Shown here piece by piece: positions 1-8,028 of a DNA stretch of 22,537 bases. A model generated the notes under the pieces. It was not told the origin of the DNA and did not search any database. It worked only from the letters and a program-made list of their open reading frames with translations. Every line of letters begins with the position of its first letter. Position 1 is the first letter of the stretch. The DNA lies in NCBI RefSeq assembly GCF_042660085.1, contig NZ_JBHSTI010000018.1, forward strand, positions 1 through 22,537, read 5' to 3'. A program made the translations under genes and the position numbers. This DNA comes from Longivirga aurantiaca. GTDB taxonomy: Bacteria > Actinomycetota > Actinomycetes > S36-B12 > CAIYMF01.

Positions 1-661
1 ACGTGGTGACGACCGCGGCCGACTCGAAGTAGAGATCGGGATGCATGCCGGCCTCGTCGGCCATCGGCAGCCACGACATCTCCATGGTCATGCCGAGCTC
101 GCCCGCGCTCGTGAACAGCACCGCGATCGACGACCAGAGGTACGCCGCCAGCACGCCGATCGACACGAGCGTGTCCATGCTGGTGGTGCCGTGCCGGGCG
201 TTGACCCACGCCGACCGGTGGAAGGGTGCGGCGCCCCACGTGACGACGACGGTGGTGAGCAGGAAGGCCATCCACTGCCAGCCGACGAACTGCAGCGGCA
301 TCACCATCGAGGTGAGCACCACGGGGACGCTGAGGACGGCGCTGACGCGCCAGCGGCGCCCGAGCTCGTCGGGGTCGTCGACGACGGCGGTGTCCGGGAG
401 GCGTACGCCGTACCCGGTGTTCTCCACGACCGCGACCAGGTCGTCGAACGTGACCCCGGCCGGGGCACGCACGGTGGCCGTCTCGGTCGCGTAGTTCACG
501 CTCGCGACCACGCCCGGCACCTTGTTGAGCTTCTTCTCGATGCGGTTGGCGCACGACGCGCAGGTCATGCCCGTGAGGTGCAGGTCCAGGAGCGCGTCGT
601 CCACACCGAGCCCCGCAGCGCCGGAGCGCGCGGTGGGGGTGCTGGCCGAGGGGGTGCTCAT
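1..661 (-). CDS. copA: Copper-translocating P-type ATPase, N-terminal part (truncated by window edge)
   Basis: Minus-strand translation from ATG at 661: MSTPSASTPTARSGAAGLGVDDALLDLHLTGMTCASCANRIEKKLNKVPGV...; HMA metal-binding motif GMTCASC followed by hydrophobic helices; next to copZ-like and csoR genes. Confidence 0.9.
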   Translation of the reverse strand, partial: MSTPSASTPTARSGAAGLGVDDALLDLHLTGMTCASCANRIEKKLNKVPGVVASVNYATETATVRAPAGVTFDDLVAVVENTGYGVRLPDTAVVDDPDELGRRWRVSAVLSVPVVLTSMVMPLQFVGWQWMAFLLTTVVVTWGAAPFHRSAWVNARHGTTSMDTLVSIGVLAAYLWSSIAVLFTSAGELGMTMEMSWLPMADEAGMHPDLYFESAAVVTT

Positions 662-696
662 GACGTCTCCTGGTGTGGGTCGGGCGTGGGGGCGGA

Positions 697-906
697 TCAG
701 CTGGTGACGAGGGTGTAGCCGGCCTCGTCGATCGCGGCGGCGACGGCCTCGGTGCTGGGGTCGGCCTCGGCGGTCACGGTGACCTGGCCGCTCTCGAGCT
801 CGACGGCGACGGCGGTGACGCCGGGGATCAGCGAGACCTCCTCGGTCACCGCGGTCACGCAGTGCTGGCAGGTCATGCCCTGGACGGTCCAGACGGTGGT
901 GCTCAC
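697..906 (-). CDS. copZ: Heavy-metal-associated domain copper chaperone (CopZ-like), 69 aa, GTG start
   Basis: VSTTVWTVQGMTCQHCVTAVTEEVSLIPGVTAVAVELESGQVTVTAEADPSTEAVAAAIDEAGYTLVTS; GMTCxHC HMA motif. Confidence 0.9.
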   Translation of the reverse strand: MSTTVWTVQGMTCQHCVTAVTEEVSLIPGVTAVAVELESGQVTVTAEADPSTEAVAAAIDEAGYTLVTS

Positions 907-965
907 GTCGTGCTCCTTCGGGTGCGTTGCGGGGTTATGTGCAGCTGCGGGGTGGTGCCGCCGGG

Positions 966-1289
966 TCAGGACCGGACGAGCCGGGCGATGGCCGCGGACG
1001 CCTCGGCGATCTTGGCGTCGGCCTCGGCCCCGCCCTTGACCGCGGCGTCGCGGACGCAGTGGTCGAGGTGGTCCTCGAGCAGCAGGAGCGCGACGTTCTC
1101 GAGCGCGCGGGTGGCCGCGGACACCTGGGTCAGCACGTCGATGCAGTAGGTGTCCTGGTCGACCATGCGCGCGATGCCGCGCACCTGGCCCTCCACGCGG
1201 CGCAGCCGCGTGAGGATCGCGTCCTTGTCGCCCGCGTAGCCGTGCTGGTGCGTCACGTGTCCCGTGTCGTGCGGGTGCTCGTCGGTCAT
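966..1289 (-). CDS. csoR: CsoR-family copper-sensing transcriptional repressor
   Basis: 107 aa; ...ILTRLRRVEGQVRGIARMVDQDTYCIDVLTQVSAATRALENVALLLLEDHLDHCV..., with the conserved Cys...His/Cys pattern of CsoR; head of csoR-copZ-copA. Confidence 0.92.
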   Translation of the reverse strand: MTDEHPHDTGHVTHQHGYAGDKDAILTRLRRVEGQVRGIARMVDQDTYCIDVLTQVSAATRALENVALLLLEDHLDHCVRDAAVKGGAEADAKIAEASAAIARLVRS

Positions 1290-1320
1290 CGCCGTACCTC
1301 CTGGTCTGCTTCAACCAGGG

Positions 1321-1335
1321 TACCCCCCCAGGGTA
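1321..1335. promoter_or_regulatory. Candidate CsoR operator upstream of csoR
   Basis: TACCCCCCCAGGGTA: TACCC/GGGTA inverted arms, 5-nt centre, about 32 bp upstream of the csoR start; resembles GC-rich CsoR boxes. Confidence 0.6.
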
Positions 1336-1382
1336 TTTCCACCAGGCCAGTCCGACGTGGTCTCCCTCACGTCCGGACAGGG

Positions 1383-1418
1383 CGAAGGCCCGATCCCCCT
1401 GCGGGGATCGGGCCTTCG
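1383..1418 (-). terminator. Strong hairpin, probable terminator of the NlpC/P60 gene
   Basis: Perfect 16-bp stem CGAAGGCCCGATCCCC (1383-1398) / GGGGATCGGGCCTTCG (1403-1418), 4-nt loop, just 3' of the gene ending at 1446; no T tract. Confidence 0.7.
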
Positions 1419-1445
1419 GAGAGAGAGGTGCTGGGGTTCCGCGCC

Positions 1446-2075
1446 TCAGACGAGGCGGACGGCGCCGCTGTAGCGCTGGCCGTACCAGCCGCTGAAGACG
1501 TAGTCGACCTTGACGTCCGTGCGCGGGTTGGTCGCGCTGATCATCTTGCCGTTGCCGACGTACAGGCCCACGTGGTGCGCGCCGTACTTGAAGAAGAAGA
1601 CGAGGTCGCCGGGCTTGAGGTACCTCTTCTGGACGCGGATGCCGGCGTAGAACTGCGCCTTCGAGTAGTGCGGCAGCGTCTTGCCGTACGCGTACTTCGC
1701 GATGTAGCGCGTGAGGCCGGAGCAGTCGAACTTCGTCGGACCGGACCAGCCCGCGACATACGCAGCACCGAGCTTGGTCTTCGCGAGCTCGACCGCGCGC
1801 CAGCGCTTGATCGCCTTCACGCGCGCGGCGATCTGCGCCGCGGTCAGGGTGGTGGCCGTGGTCGTCGTCGCCGTGGCGGTCGCGGTACGGGTGGCGGTGG
1901 TCGTCGCCGTCGGGGTCAGCGTGGTCGTGGTGACCGCGGTGGTGGTCGGTTCGATCGGCGTAGACGTGGCCGCCGAGGCGGATCCGGCGCCGGCGAGGCC
2001 GATGGTCAGGGCGGCGGAGACGAGCAGCGTGGCCGGCAGGGCACGGCGACGCGCAGCGGTGAGCACGGGGAGCAC
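1446..2075 (-). CDS. Secreted NlpC/P60-family peptidoglycan hydrolase
   Basis: N-terminal signal peptide (RRRALPATLLVSAALTIGLAGAGSASAA), T-rich linker, C-terminal domain with KFDCSGLTRYIAKYAYGKTLPHYSKAQF...LKPGDLVFFFKYGAHHVGLYVGNGKMISA. GTG start. Confidence 0.9.
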   Translation of the reverse strand: MLPVLTAARRRALPATLLVSAALTIGLAGAGSASAATSTPIEPTTTAVTTTTLTPTATTTATRTATATATTTTATTLTAAQIAARVKAIKRWRAVELAKTKLGAAYVAGWSGPTKFDCSGLTRYIAKYAYGKTLPHYSKAQFYAGIRVQKRYLKPGDLVFFFKYGAHHVGLYVGNGKMISATNPRTDVKVDYVFSGWYGQRYSGAVRLV

Positions 2076-2092
2076 AGGTGTCCGATCCTCTC

Positions 2093-2230
2093 GACGCCGA
2101 CCGGGTTAGCTGACGGGCTCGGGCTAAGAGGTGCCCTACGCGGGGGCCGTGAGGCCGTCCGTGATTCGCCCCGGAGTGCTTGGGTCCCCGGCTCGCCGGC
2201 GGTGAGAGCCGCCGGCGATTGAGCGCGTCA
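2093..2230 (-). promoter_or_regulatory. ydaO/yuaA-type c-di-AMP riboswitch upstream of the NlpC/P60 gene
   Basis: Minus-strand RNA: GACGC...GAGCCGGGGACCCAAGCACUCCGGGGCGAAUCAC...AGGGCACCUCUUAGCCCGAGCCCGUCAGCUAACCCGGUCGGCGUC. Matches the conserved GGGGACCC, GG(U/C)GAAUC and CCGAxCCCGUCAGCUAACC blocks; outer arms GACGC/GCGUC close P1. Confidence 0.9.
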
Positions 2231-2272
2231 CCCGTGCCCGGCGAACCCGGACAGGTGCAGGTGACTGACAGA

Positions 2273-2302
2273 AAGTAAGCAACGCCCCCCGAGAGGGTCC
2301 AA
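2273..2302 (-). promoter_or_regulatory. Possible promoter for the riboswitch-NlpC/P60 transcript
   Basis: Minus strand TTGGAC (2302-2297), 18-nt spacer, TTACTT (2278-2273); located just upstream of the aptamer. Confidence 0.3.
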
Positions 2303-2434
2303 ACCCGGTGTCCGGTCACGGGACGGTAACGGAAAGGAGGAAACGGACAACAGCCCAGGTCGCAACGGCTCTCGAGCGGTCGTTACGGCTACGTCGTGTG
2401 ACGAGGGTCTCAGCGCTCGGTGACCATCGGGCGG

Positions 2435-3307
2435 TCAGCGGGCAGCGAGGACGGCCTCGACGAGCTGGGCGAGGCCGTCGTCCTCCGGGCCCGGCAGCAG
2501 CGCCGCGGCCGCGGCGCGCGCGGCGGGGTGGCCGGTCTCCACCGCGAGGCCGACTCCCGCCTCGACGAGCATGGGGACGTCGTTGGGCATGTCCCCCACC
2601 GCGGCCACCGATGACAGCGGCACCCCGAGCCGGGCGGCCTGGTGCGCGAGCGCGGCGCCCTTGCTGACGCCCAGGGCGCTCATCTCGATGAGCACGTCGT
2701 CCGATGCCGAGTGCGTCGCGGTGACGAGGTGGCTGACGTGCCCGAGCGTGACGTCGAGCAGGGCGTCGACGTCGTGCCGCGCCGGATGGTCGCCGCCGTC
2801 GATGCGCGCGAGCAGCTTGATGACCGGGTGCCGTGCGGCGAGCGTGAGGATGTCGCCGTGCTCGACGCCGGCGACCCGGTAGCGCGCGCGGTACGACGGC
2901 TCGTGCGCGAAGTCGTCGGCGTCCGCAGGGCTGTCCCACTCGAGCGCGAACGCGACGCCCTCGATCTCCGAGCGCAGCGCTGCGACCGTCTCGGCGACGA
3001 CGTCGTACGCGATGGGGTGCGTCTCGAGCACCGCATGGGTGTCGAGGTCTATGACGAGCGCACCGTTCGCGCAGACGCCGATCCCGGCGTGCCCGGTGGC
3101 CTCGACCACCGGGGGCAGCCAGCGCGGCGGCCGACCGGTCACGAACACCACCGGCAGACCGGCCGCCCGGGCCGCGGCGAACGCGTCGATCGTCCGGGAC
3201 GACACCGTGTTGTCGGGCCGCAGCAGCGTGCCGTCGAGGTCGGTGGCGACCATCTGCACCCCGCCGGGAACTGCCGCCACCAGCTCGCGCCACCCTCGGT
3301 CCGTCAC
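2435..3307 (-). CDS. HAD-superfamily (Cof-type/HAD-IIB) hydrolase
   Basis: VTDRGWRELVAAVPGGVQMVATDLDGTLLRPDNTVSSRTIDAFAAARAAGLPVVFVTGRPPRW...; DLDGTLL motif I, TGRP, C-terminal VAAVGDMPNDVPMLVEAGVGLAV. GTG start chosen at 3307. Confidence 0.88.
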   Translation of the reverse strand: MTDRGWRELVAAVPGGVQMVATDLDGTLLRPDNTVSSRTIDAFAAARAAGLPVVFVTGRPPRWLPPVVEATGHAGIGVCANGALVIDLDTHAVLETHPIAYDVVAETVAALRSEIEGVAFALEWDSPADADDFAHEPSYRARYRVAGVEHGDILTLAARHPVIKLLARIDGGDHPARHDVDALLDVTLGHVSHLVTATHSASDDVLIEMSALGVSKGAALAHQAARLGVPLSSVAAVGDMPNDVPMLVEAGVGLAVETGHPAARAAAAALLPGPEDDGLAQLVEAVLAAR

Positions 3308-3353
3308 GGCCCCACCCTGCCGTGCCCCCGAGCCGGCAGGCGAACCGCCCCGG

Positions 3354-4910
3354 TCAGCCGCGGGTGGCGGGGGTGAACGTCGGGCGCAGGGCGCCATCGG
3401 CGCGCAGCCCGAGGATCTCCTCGACCACGTGACCTACCGCGACCAGCGTCGCCTCGGTGTGCGGCCGTCCGATGAGCGTGAGGCCCACCGGCAGGCCGTC
3501 GACGAACCCCATGGGCAGGCACAGCACCGGCCAGCCCGCGATGGACGGTGCCGGGCTCGCGAGGCCGCCGCCGGCGAAGTGGTCGCCGTTGGTGAGGTCG
3601 CTCTTCCAGGCCGGGCAGTACGCCGGGGCGATGAGCAGGTCGATGTCGTCGTCGGCGTCGAACGCGGCCTGCAGGTTCTTCGTCACCGCCCAGTCGAGGC
3701 AGATCTGCCGCGCCTCGTCGTACCTCTGGCCGGCCCGGCCGCCCGATGCGAGCGCCATCTCGAGCAGGCTCTGGTCGAAGAACGCGAGCTCGGTGTCGGC
3801 GTTCTCGCGGTTGAACTCCACGATGTCGGCCATGGTCGGCGCACCTGCGCCGAACCTGTCGAGCAGGTAGGCGTTCATGTCGTCGAGCATCTCGCCGACG
3901 AGCACCACGAGCTCGTTGTCCTCGTACTCGCCGGTGTGCGTGACCTCCGACGTCACGAGCGTGATGCCGCCGTCGAAGAGCGCCTGCGTGACTCCGAGGA
4001 ACACGTCGTCGGTCGCGATGTGGCCCGAGAGCCAGGAGTTCGCGACGCCGAGGGTGATGTCGTCGGCGGCCAGGCTGCCGATCGCGGTCGCGTACGCCGC
4101 CGAGCCGGTCAGCACGTCGAGCAGCAGAGCGACGTCGCGCACCGAGCGCGCCATCGGGCCGGGCATGTCCTGGCTCGCGCTGATCGGCACGATGCCCGCG
4201 GTCGGCACGAGCCCGAGGGTGGGCTTGAGGCCGGTGATCCCGTTGAGCGAGCTCGGGCATGTGATCGAGCCGTCGGTCTCGGTGCCGATCGCGAGCGGGG
4301 CGAGGCCGGCTGCGACGGCGGCGCCGCTGCCGGACGACGAGCCGCCTGCGCTGCGGTCGAGCGCCCACGGGTTGCCGGTGAGCCCGCCGAGGGCGGACCA
4401 GCCGGAGGTGGATCGGTTCGAGCGGAGGTTGGCCCACTCCGAGAGGTTGGTGACGCCGAGCACGATCAGCCCGGCCGCGCGCATCGAGGCGACGATCGGG
4501 GCGTCGCGGGTCGCCGGCCGGCCGTCGAAGAACAGCGACCCGGCCGACGCCGGCATGCCGAGCACCTCGACGTTGTCCTTCACCACGACCGGTACGCCGT
4601 GCAGCGCGCTGCGCACCGTGCCTGCCGCGCGCTCGGCGTCGAGCCGGTCGGCCTGCTCGAGCGCATCGGGGCACACCGCGAGGATCGAGCGCAGGTGCAC
4701 CGCGCCCGGGCCGTCGACGGCCTCGATCCGCCCGAGCAGCGTGCGGACGATCGCGACCGAGGTCGTGCGTCCGGCGGCGAGCTCGTCGGCCAGGGCGCTC
4801 GCGTCGGAGAAGCCGAGATCGGCGCTGGCGGCGTGCGGGTCGAGCGAGGCGTGGGGGCTGGTCACGCGCGGAGCCTGCCACGCCGGGCTCGGCGTCGCAG
4901 GAGATGCCAC
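3354..4910 (-). CDS. Amidase signature family protein
   Basis: ...VHGVPVVVKDNVEVLG..., GGSSSGSGAAVAAGLAPLAIGTETDGSITCPSSLNGITGLKPTLGLV; Ser-cisSer-Lys amidase signature. N-terminal start uncertain (a GTG at 4865 is also possible). Confidence 0.9.
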   Translation of the reverse strand: MASPATPSPAWQAPRVTSPHASLDPHAASADLGFSDASALADELAAGRTTSVAIVRTLLGRIEAVDGPGAVHLRSILAVCPDALEQADRLDAERAAGTVRSALHGVPVVVKDNVEVLGMPASAGSLFFDGRPATRDAPIVASMRAAGLIVLGVTNLSEWANLRSNRSTSGWSALGGLTGNPWALDRSAGGSSSGSGAAVAAGLAPLAIGTETDGSITCPSSLNGITGLKPTLGLVPTAGIVPISASQDMPGPMARSVRDVALLLDVLTGSAAYATAIGSLAADDITLGVANSWLSGHIATDDVFLGVTQALFDGGITLVTSEVTHTGEYEDNELVVLVGEMLDDMNAYLLDRFGAGAPTMADIVEFNRENADTELAFFDQSLLEMALASGGRAGQRYDEARQICLDWAVTKNLQAAFDADDDIDLLIAPAYCPAWKSDLTNGDHFAGGGLASPAPSIAGWPVLCLPMGFVDGLPVGLTLIGRPHTEATLVAVGHVVEEILGLRADGALRPTFTPATRG

Positions 4911-5056
4911 GGGCCGGAGCTGTGCGCGGCGGTCGCGATGACGGTGGCCTTCGTCGCAGGCGGGAGTCCGCGGGCACTCCTCGGCGCTGCCCGGCGTACG
5001 ACGGGAACGCTGTGGACGCCGGAGGCGTGGCCCGGGGAGGATCGGCGGCGGAGGAG

Positions 5057-5656
5057 ATGCCCGTGGACCAGCGACGTGCCACGACCGCGGACGCCGACCC
5101 CATCGGCGACGTCATCACCCGAGTCTTCGCAGCCGACCCGCTCTGGGGGCCCGCCCTCGCGCGGCCGGACGGCCGCACCCACCACCTGCGCGCCTACTGG
5201 GACCTCTTCGTCGCCGGGGCGCTGCGGTTCGACTGCACGGGGATCGCCGGTGAGGTCGACGCGGTCACCGTGTGGATCCCGCCGGGCGAGGACGAGCTGA
5301 GCCCTGACCAGTTCGAGGCCGTGCTGGCGCTGCTGCGCGCCGAGCTGCCTGGCTCGGTGGACGACCTCGTCGAGCTGTTCGACCGGTTCGAGACGGTGCA
5401 CCCGCACGACGAGCCGCACTACTACCTGTCGCTGTTCGCGACGAAGCCCGAGAGCCGCGGGCGGGGCATCGGCATGGACCTGCTGCGCACGGATGTTGCA
5501 GCGTTCGACGCCGAGGGCGTGCCGACGTACCTCGAGTCGTCGAACCCGGGCAATGACGCCCGGTACGCCGCGGTCGGCTACCGGCCCGTGGGCAGGTTCG
5601 AGCACCCGAGCACCGGCGCCGTCGTCACGACGATGTGGCGCCCGGTCGGCGGCTGA
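5057..5656 (+). CDS. GNAT family N-acetyltransferase
   Basis: MPVDQRRATTADADPIGDVITRVFAADPLW...YYLSLFATKPESRGRGIGMDLLRTDVAAFDAEGVPTYLESSNPGNDARYAAVGYRPVGRFEHP; GNAT RGRGIG motif; GGAGG ahead of ATG. Confidence 0.87.
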   Translation: MPVDQRRATTADADPIGDVITRVFAADPLWGPALARPDGRTHHLRAYWDLFVAGALRFDCTGIAGEVDAVTVWIPPGEDELSPDQFEAVLALLRAELPGSVDDLVELFDRFETVHPHDEPHYYLSLFATKPESRGRGIGMDLLRTDVAAFDAEGVPTYLESSNPGNDARYAAVGYRPVGRFEHPSTGAVVTTMWRPVGG

Positions 5657-5678
5657 CCGCAGCACGTCGATCGGGTCC

Positions 5679-5709
5679 GTGTGCGATGAAGGGGGCCTTC
5701 ATCGCACAC
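5679..5709 (+). terminator. Hairpin downstream of the GNAT gene, probable terminator
   Basis: Perfect 14-bp stem GTGTGCGATGAAGG / CCTTCATCGCACAC with GGG loop, 23 bp after the stop. Confidence 0.65.
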
Positions 5710-5789
5710 CCCGGCCTCCAGCTGTGGATCCGTCCCCTCCCGTGCCGTGAAGGCCCCGGGACATGCCGGATTGCCACATCCAGCCTCCG

Positions 5790-6275
5790 TCAGCCGTCGA
5801 GCTGCTCGGTGGCGCCGGCGAGGGAGTTGGTGCCGGCGAAGAGCGCCGAGAGGTCGAGCGAGGTCACGCGGTGCTTGGACGCGAGGGTCACGTAGCGCCG
5901 CGCGAGCGCGTCCTTGGCGATGCCGAACACCGTGCTGAGCAGGCCGACGGACTCCGCGAGGTCCTCGGGCTCCTCGGCCGGGACGACCTGGCGCCACATC
6001 GCGGACTCCAGGACGTTGAAGGCGTGCTGGACCTCCGAGACGTCGAAGCCGGCGGCGAACCGCTCCTCGGCGACGGCGTCGGCGTACGCGATGATCGCGG
6101 CCACGTCGCGGTGGCCGATCGCTGCCTGCACGAGGTCGTACAGGCTCTCGAGCCGGGCCCGGGTGAACTCGGGGCCGGCGGTCTCGTAGTGGTGGAGCTG
6201 GAGCTGTGCCAGCTCTGCGGACGCATCGTCGAGGATGTGGTCGCGCAGAGTGCGCAGCGTGGTGTCGAGCTTCAT
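5790..6275 (-). CDS. Conserved helical protein, possibly with RsbRD_N-like sensor domain
   Basis: MKLDTTLRTLRDHILDDASAELAQLQLHHYETAGPEFTRARLESLYDLVQAAIGHRDVAAIIAYADAVAEERFAAGFDVSEVQHAFNVLESAMWRQV...; SD-like TGGAGG upstream. Family assignment is by motif resemblance only. Confidence 0.65.
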   Translation of the reverse strand: MKLDTTLRTLRDHILDDASAELAQLQLHHYETAGPEFTRARLESLYDLVQAAIGHRDVAAIIAYADAVAEERFAAGFDVSEVQHAFNVLESAMWRQVVPAEEPEDLAESVGLLSTVFGIAKDALARRYVTLASKHRVTSLDLSALFAGTNSLAGATEQLDG

Positions 6276-6451
6276 CAGTCGCCTCCAGGGGCTCACCTCG
6301 ATCGTCCACCCGGTGTCCACCACCGCGCGTGCTCGGGGGCGCACGGTGTCTGACGGGTCACGCTTGCGCCGTTGTCGGCACGTCGTGGGCGCCGACGGCG
6401 TACGGCGAACGCTGTCGCGCGGCGTCGGTGGGCGCGGCTAGCGTCGCGGGC

Positions 6452-6934
6452 ATGGTCAGCGTGCGGCTCGAGCCGATGTCCCGTGACGAGTACGACGCCT
6501 ACCGGGTCACGGCCGAGCGCGAGTACGCCGACAGCTTCCGCGACTCCGGGTCGCTGCCCGAGGCCGAGGCGGTGGAGCGGGCGGCCGAGGACTACGCGCG
6601 GATCCTCCCCGACGGCTTCGACACCGAGGGCCACCTGTTCTGGACGGCGTATAACGCCTCGGGCGACGACGGCGCGGTGGGGATGCTGTGGCTGCACCTG
6701 CGTCCGACGTCGGAGGGGCTGACGGCATTCGGCTACGACTTCGCGGTGCGCGAGGACCTGCGCCGCTCGGGCTACGGCCGCGCGATCATGCTGGCCGCCG
6801 AGGCCGAGTGCCGTGCCCTCGGCGTCGTGTCGGTCGGGCTCAACGTGTTCGGCCACAACCGCGGGGCGCAGGCGCTCTACGAGCAGATGGGCTTCGAGAT
6901 CACCGGCATCCAGATGTCCAAGCGCCTCGATTGA
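6452..6934 (+). CDS. GNAT family N-acetyltransferase
   Basis: MVSVRLEPMSRDEYDAYRVTAEREYADSF...FAVREDLRRSGYGRAIMLAAEAECRALGVVSVGLNVFGHNRGAQALYEQMGFEITGIQMSKRL. Confidence 0.88.
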   Translation: MVSVRLEPMSRDEYDAYRVTAEREYADSFRDSGSLPEAEAVERAAEDYARILPDGFDTEGHLFWTAYNASGDDGAVGMLWLHLRPTSEGLTAFGYDFAVREDLRRSGYGRAIMLAAEAECRALGVVSVGLNVFGHNRGAQALYEQMGFEITGIQMSKRLD

Positions 6935-6936
6935 GG

Positions 6937-7266
6937 TCAGGCCTCGACCCAGCCGGCGACGGCGCGCCAGCCCCTGTGCACGCGCACGCTGCGGTGCGCG
7001 ACCTTCCAGCGGTCGTGGCCGAACCCCTCGCGCACCTCGGGCAGCTGCGGGCGCGGCAGCTCGTCGAGCACTCCGGCCGGCTGCTTGCTCGCGCCGGCCA
7101 TGAGCAGGGTGAACCCGTCGGGCAGCCACACGAGGATCACGTTGCGGCGCAAGCCCGGCGGGCCGACGGTGCCGGGGACGGCGTGCTCGACGTCATCGCG
7201 CCCGAGCCAGGTGCCGACCTCGTGGCGAGACGCCTGCAGCGCGGCGCGGAGCCGGTCGTCGCCCAT
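6937..7266 (-). CDS. Hypothetical protein (109 aa)
   Basis: ORF MGDDRLRAALQASRHEVGTWLGRDDVEHAVPGTVGPPGLRRNVILVWLPDGFTLL...; fills the gap between flanking genes. Confidence 0.6.
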   Translation of the reverse strand: MGDDRLRAALQASRHEVGTWLGRDDVEHAVPGTVGPPGLRRNVILVWLPDGFTLLMAGASKQPAGVLDELPRPQLPEVREGFGHDRWKVAHRSVRVHRGWRAVAGWVEA

Positions 7267-7293
7267 GCCGTGATCGTGCCCCGTACGCCGTCC

Positions 7294-7860
7294 TCAGTCG
7301 AGCACCACGTCCGGGGCCGCGACCTCGAAGACGTGCTCGAGGCCGTCCTCGTCGTCCCACTCCTCGCCGACCTGCACGAGGCCCGCCGCGAGCACGATGG
7401 CGAGCGAGCCCGTGTTGTCGGGCGAGACGCTGGCGCGCAGCACGCGCACGTCCGGGTGCGCGGCCGCATACCGCCACATCGTCTGCGCGATCTCGCGGCC
7501 GTAGCCGCGGCGGCGGTACGCCGGCACCACGCGGTAGCCGATCTCGACCATGCCCCGGGAGTCGGGCGGCGCGTGGAAGTTGCCGAGGCCGACGATCGTG
7601 CCGGTGCTGCGCTCGACCGCGAGGCGGATCAGCCACGGGTTCGACCTCGGGTCCTCGCGGACCATCGGGATGCGCCAGCGGATGGGCGAGTCGTGCGGCG
7701 ACAGGATGTCCGTGGGGTCGTCGTACGCGAGCGGCGCCGGCTCGCCGTCGTGGTCGTCGGCACGCGTGAGCAACTGCTCGACCGTCACGAGCACGAGGTC
7801 GAGCCGCGGCCCCACGAGCACGTCGGGGAGCGCCGGCTGCTCGGCCTCGGGATCGGTCAT
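7294..7860 (-). CDS. GNAT family N-acetyltransferase (RimJ/RimL-like)
   Basis: ...RLAVERSTGTIVGLGNFHAPPDSRGMVEIGYRVVPAYRRRGYGREIAQTMWRYAAAHPDVRVLRASVSPDNTGSLAIVLAAGLVQVGEEWDDEDG. Confidence 0.88.
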   Translation of the reverse strand: MTDPEAEQPALPDVLVGPRLDLVLVTVEQLLTRADDHDGEPAPLAYDDPTDILSPHDSPIRWRIPMVREDPRSNPWLIRLAVERSTGTIVGLGNFHAPPDSRGMVEIGYRVVPAYRRRGYGREIAQTMWRYAAAHPDVRVLRASVSPDNTGSLAIVLAAGLVQVGEEWDDEDGLEHVFEVAAPDVVLD

Positions 7861-7907
7861 GCGTCCATCCTCACCCGGTGGTCCAGCGGGTTCGCCGTAC
7901 GCCGTCC

Positions 7908-7948
7908 TACCCGGGTAGCGAGCGTGCGCTCTGCGACGGATCCGCCAC
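7908..7948. repeat. 41-bp direct repeat, copy 1
   Basis: TACCCGGGTAGCGAGCGTGCGCTCTGCGACGGATCCGCCAC, identical to 7970-8010. Confidence 0.95.
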
Positions 7949-7969
7949 TCAGGCTCCCGAGCGCTGCGT

Positions 7970-8010
7970 TACCCGGGTAGCGAGCGTGCGCTCTGCGACG
8001 GATCCGCCAC
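7970..8010. repeat. 41-bp direct repeat, copy 2
   Basis: Exact copy of 7908-7948, start-to-start distance 62 bp. Confidence 0.95.
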
Positions 8011-8028
8011 CCAGCTAGCGGCGGTCGG

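Noticed and set aside
3012-5300. 762-aa plus-strand ORF across the HAD/amidase region
   Set aside because: Antisense to the HAD hydrolase and amidase; no recognisable domain.
7908-8010. Direct repeats considered as a minimal CRISPR or att site pair
   Set aside because: Only two copies with a 21-bp spacer, no cas or integrase gene nearby, and imperfect fit to repeat length norms.
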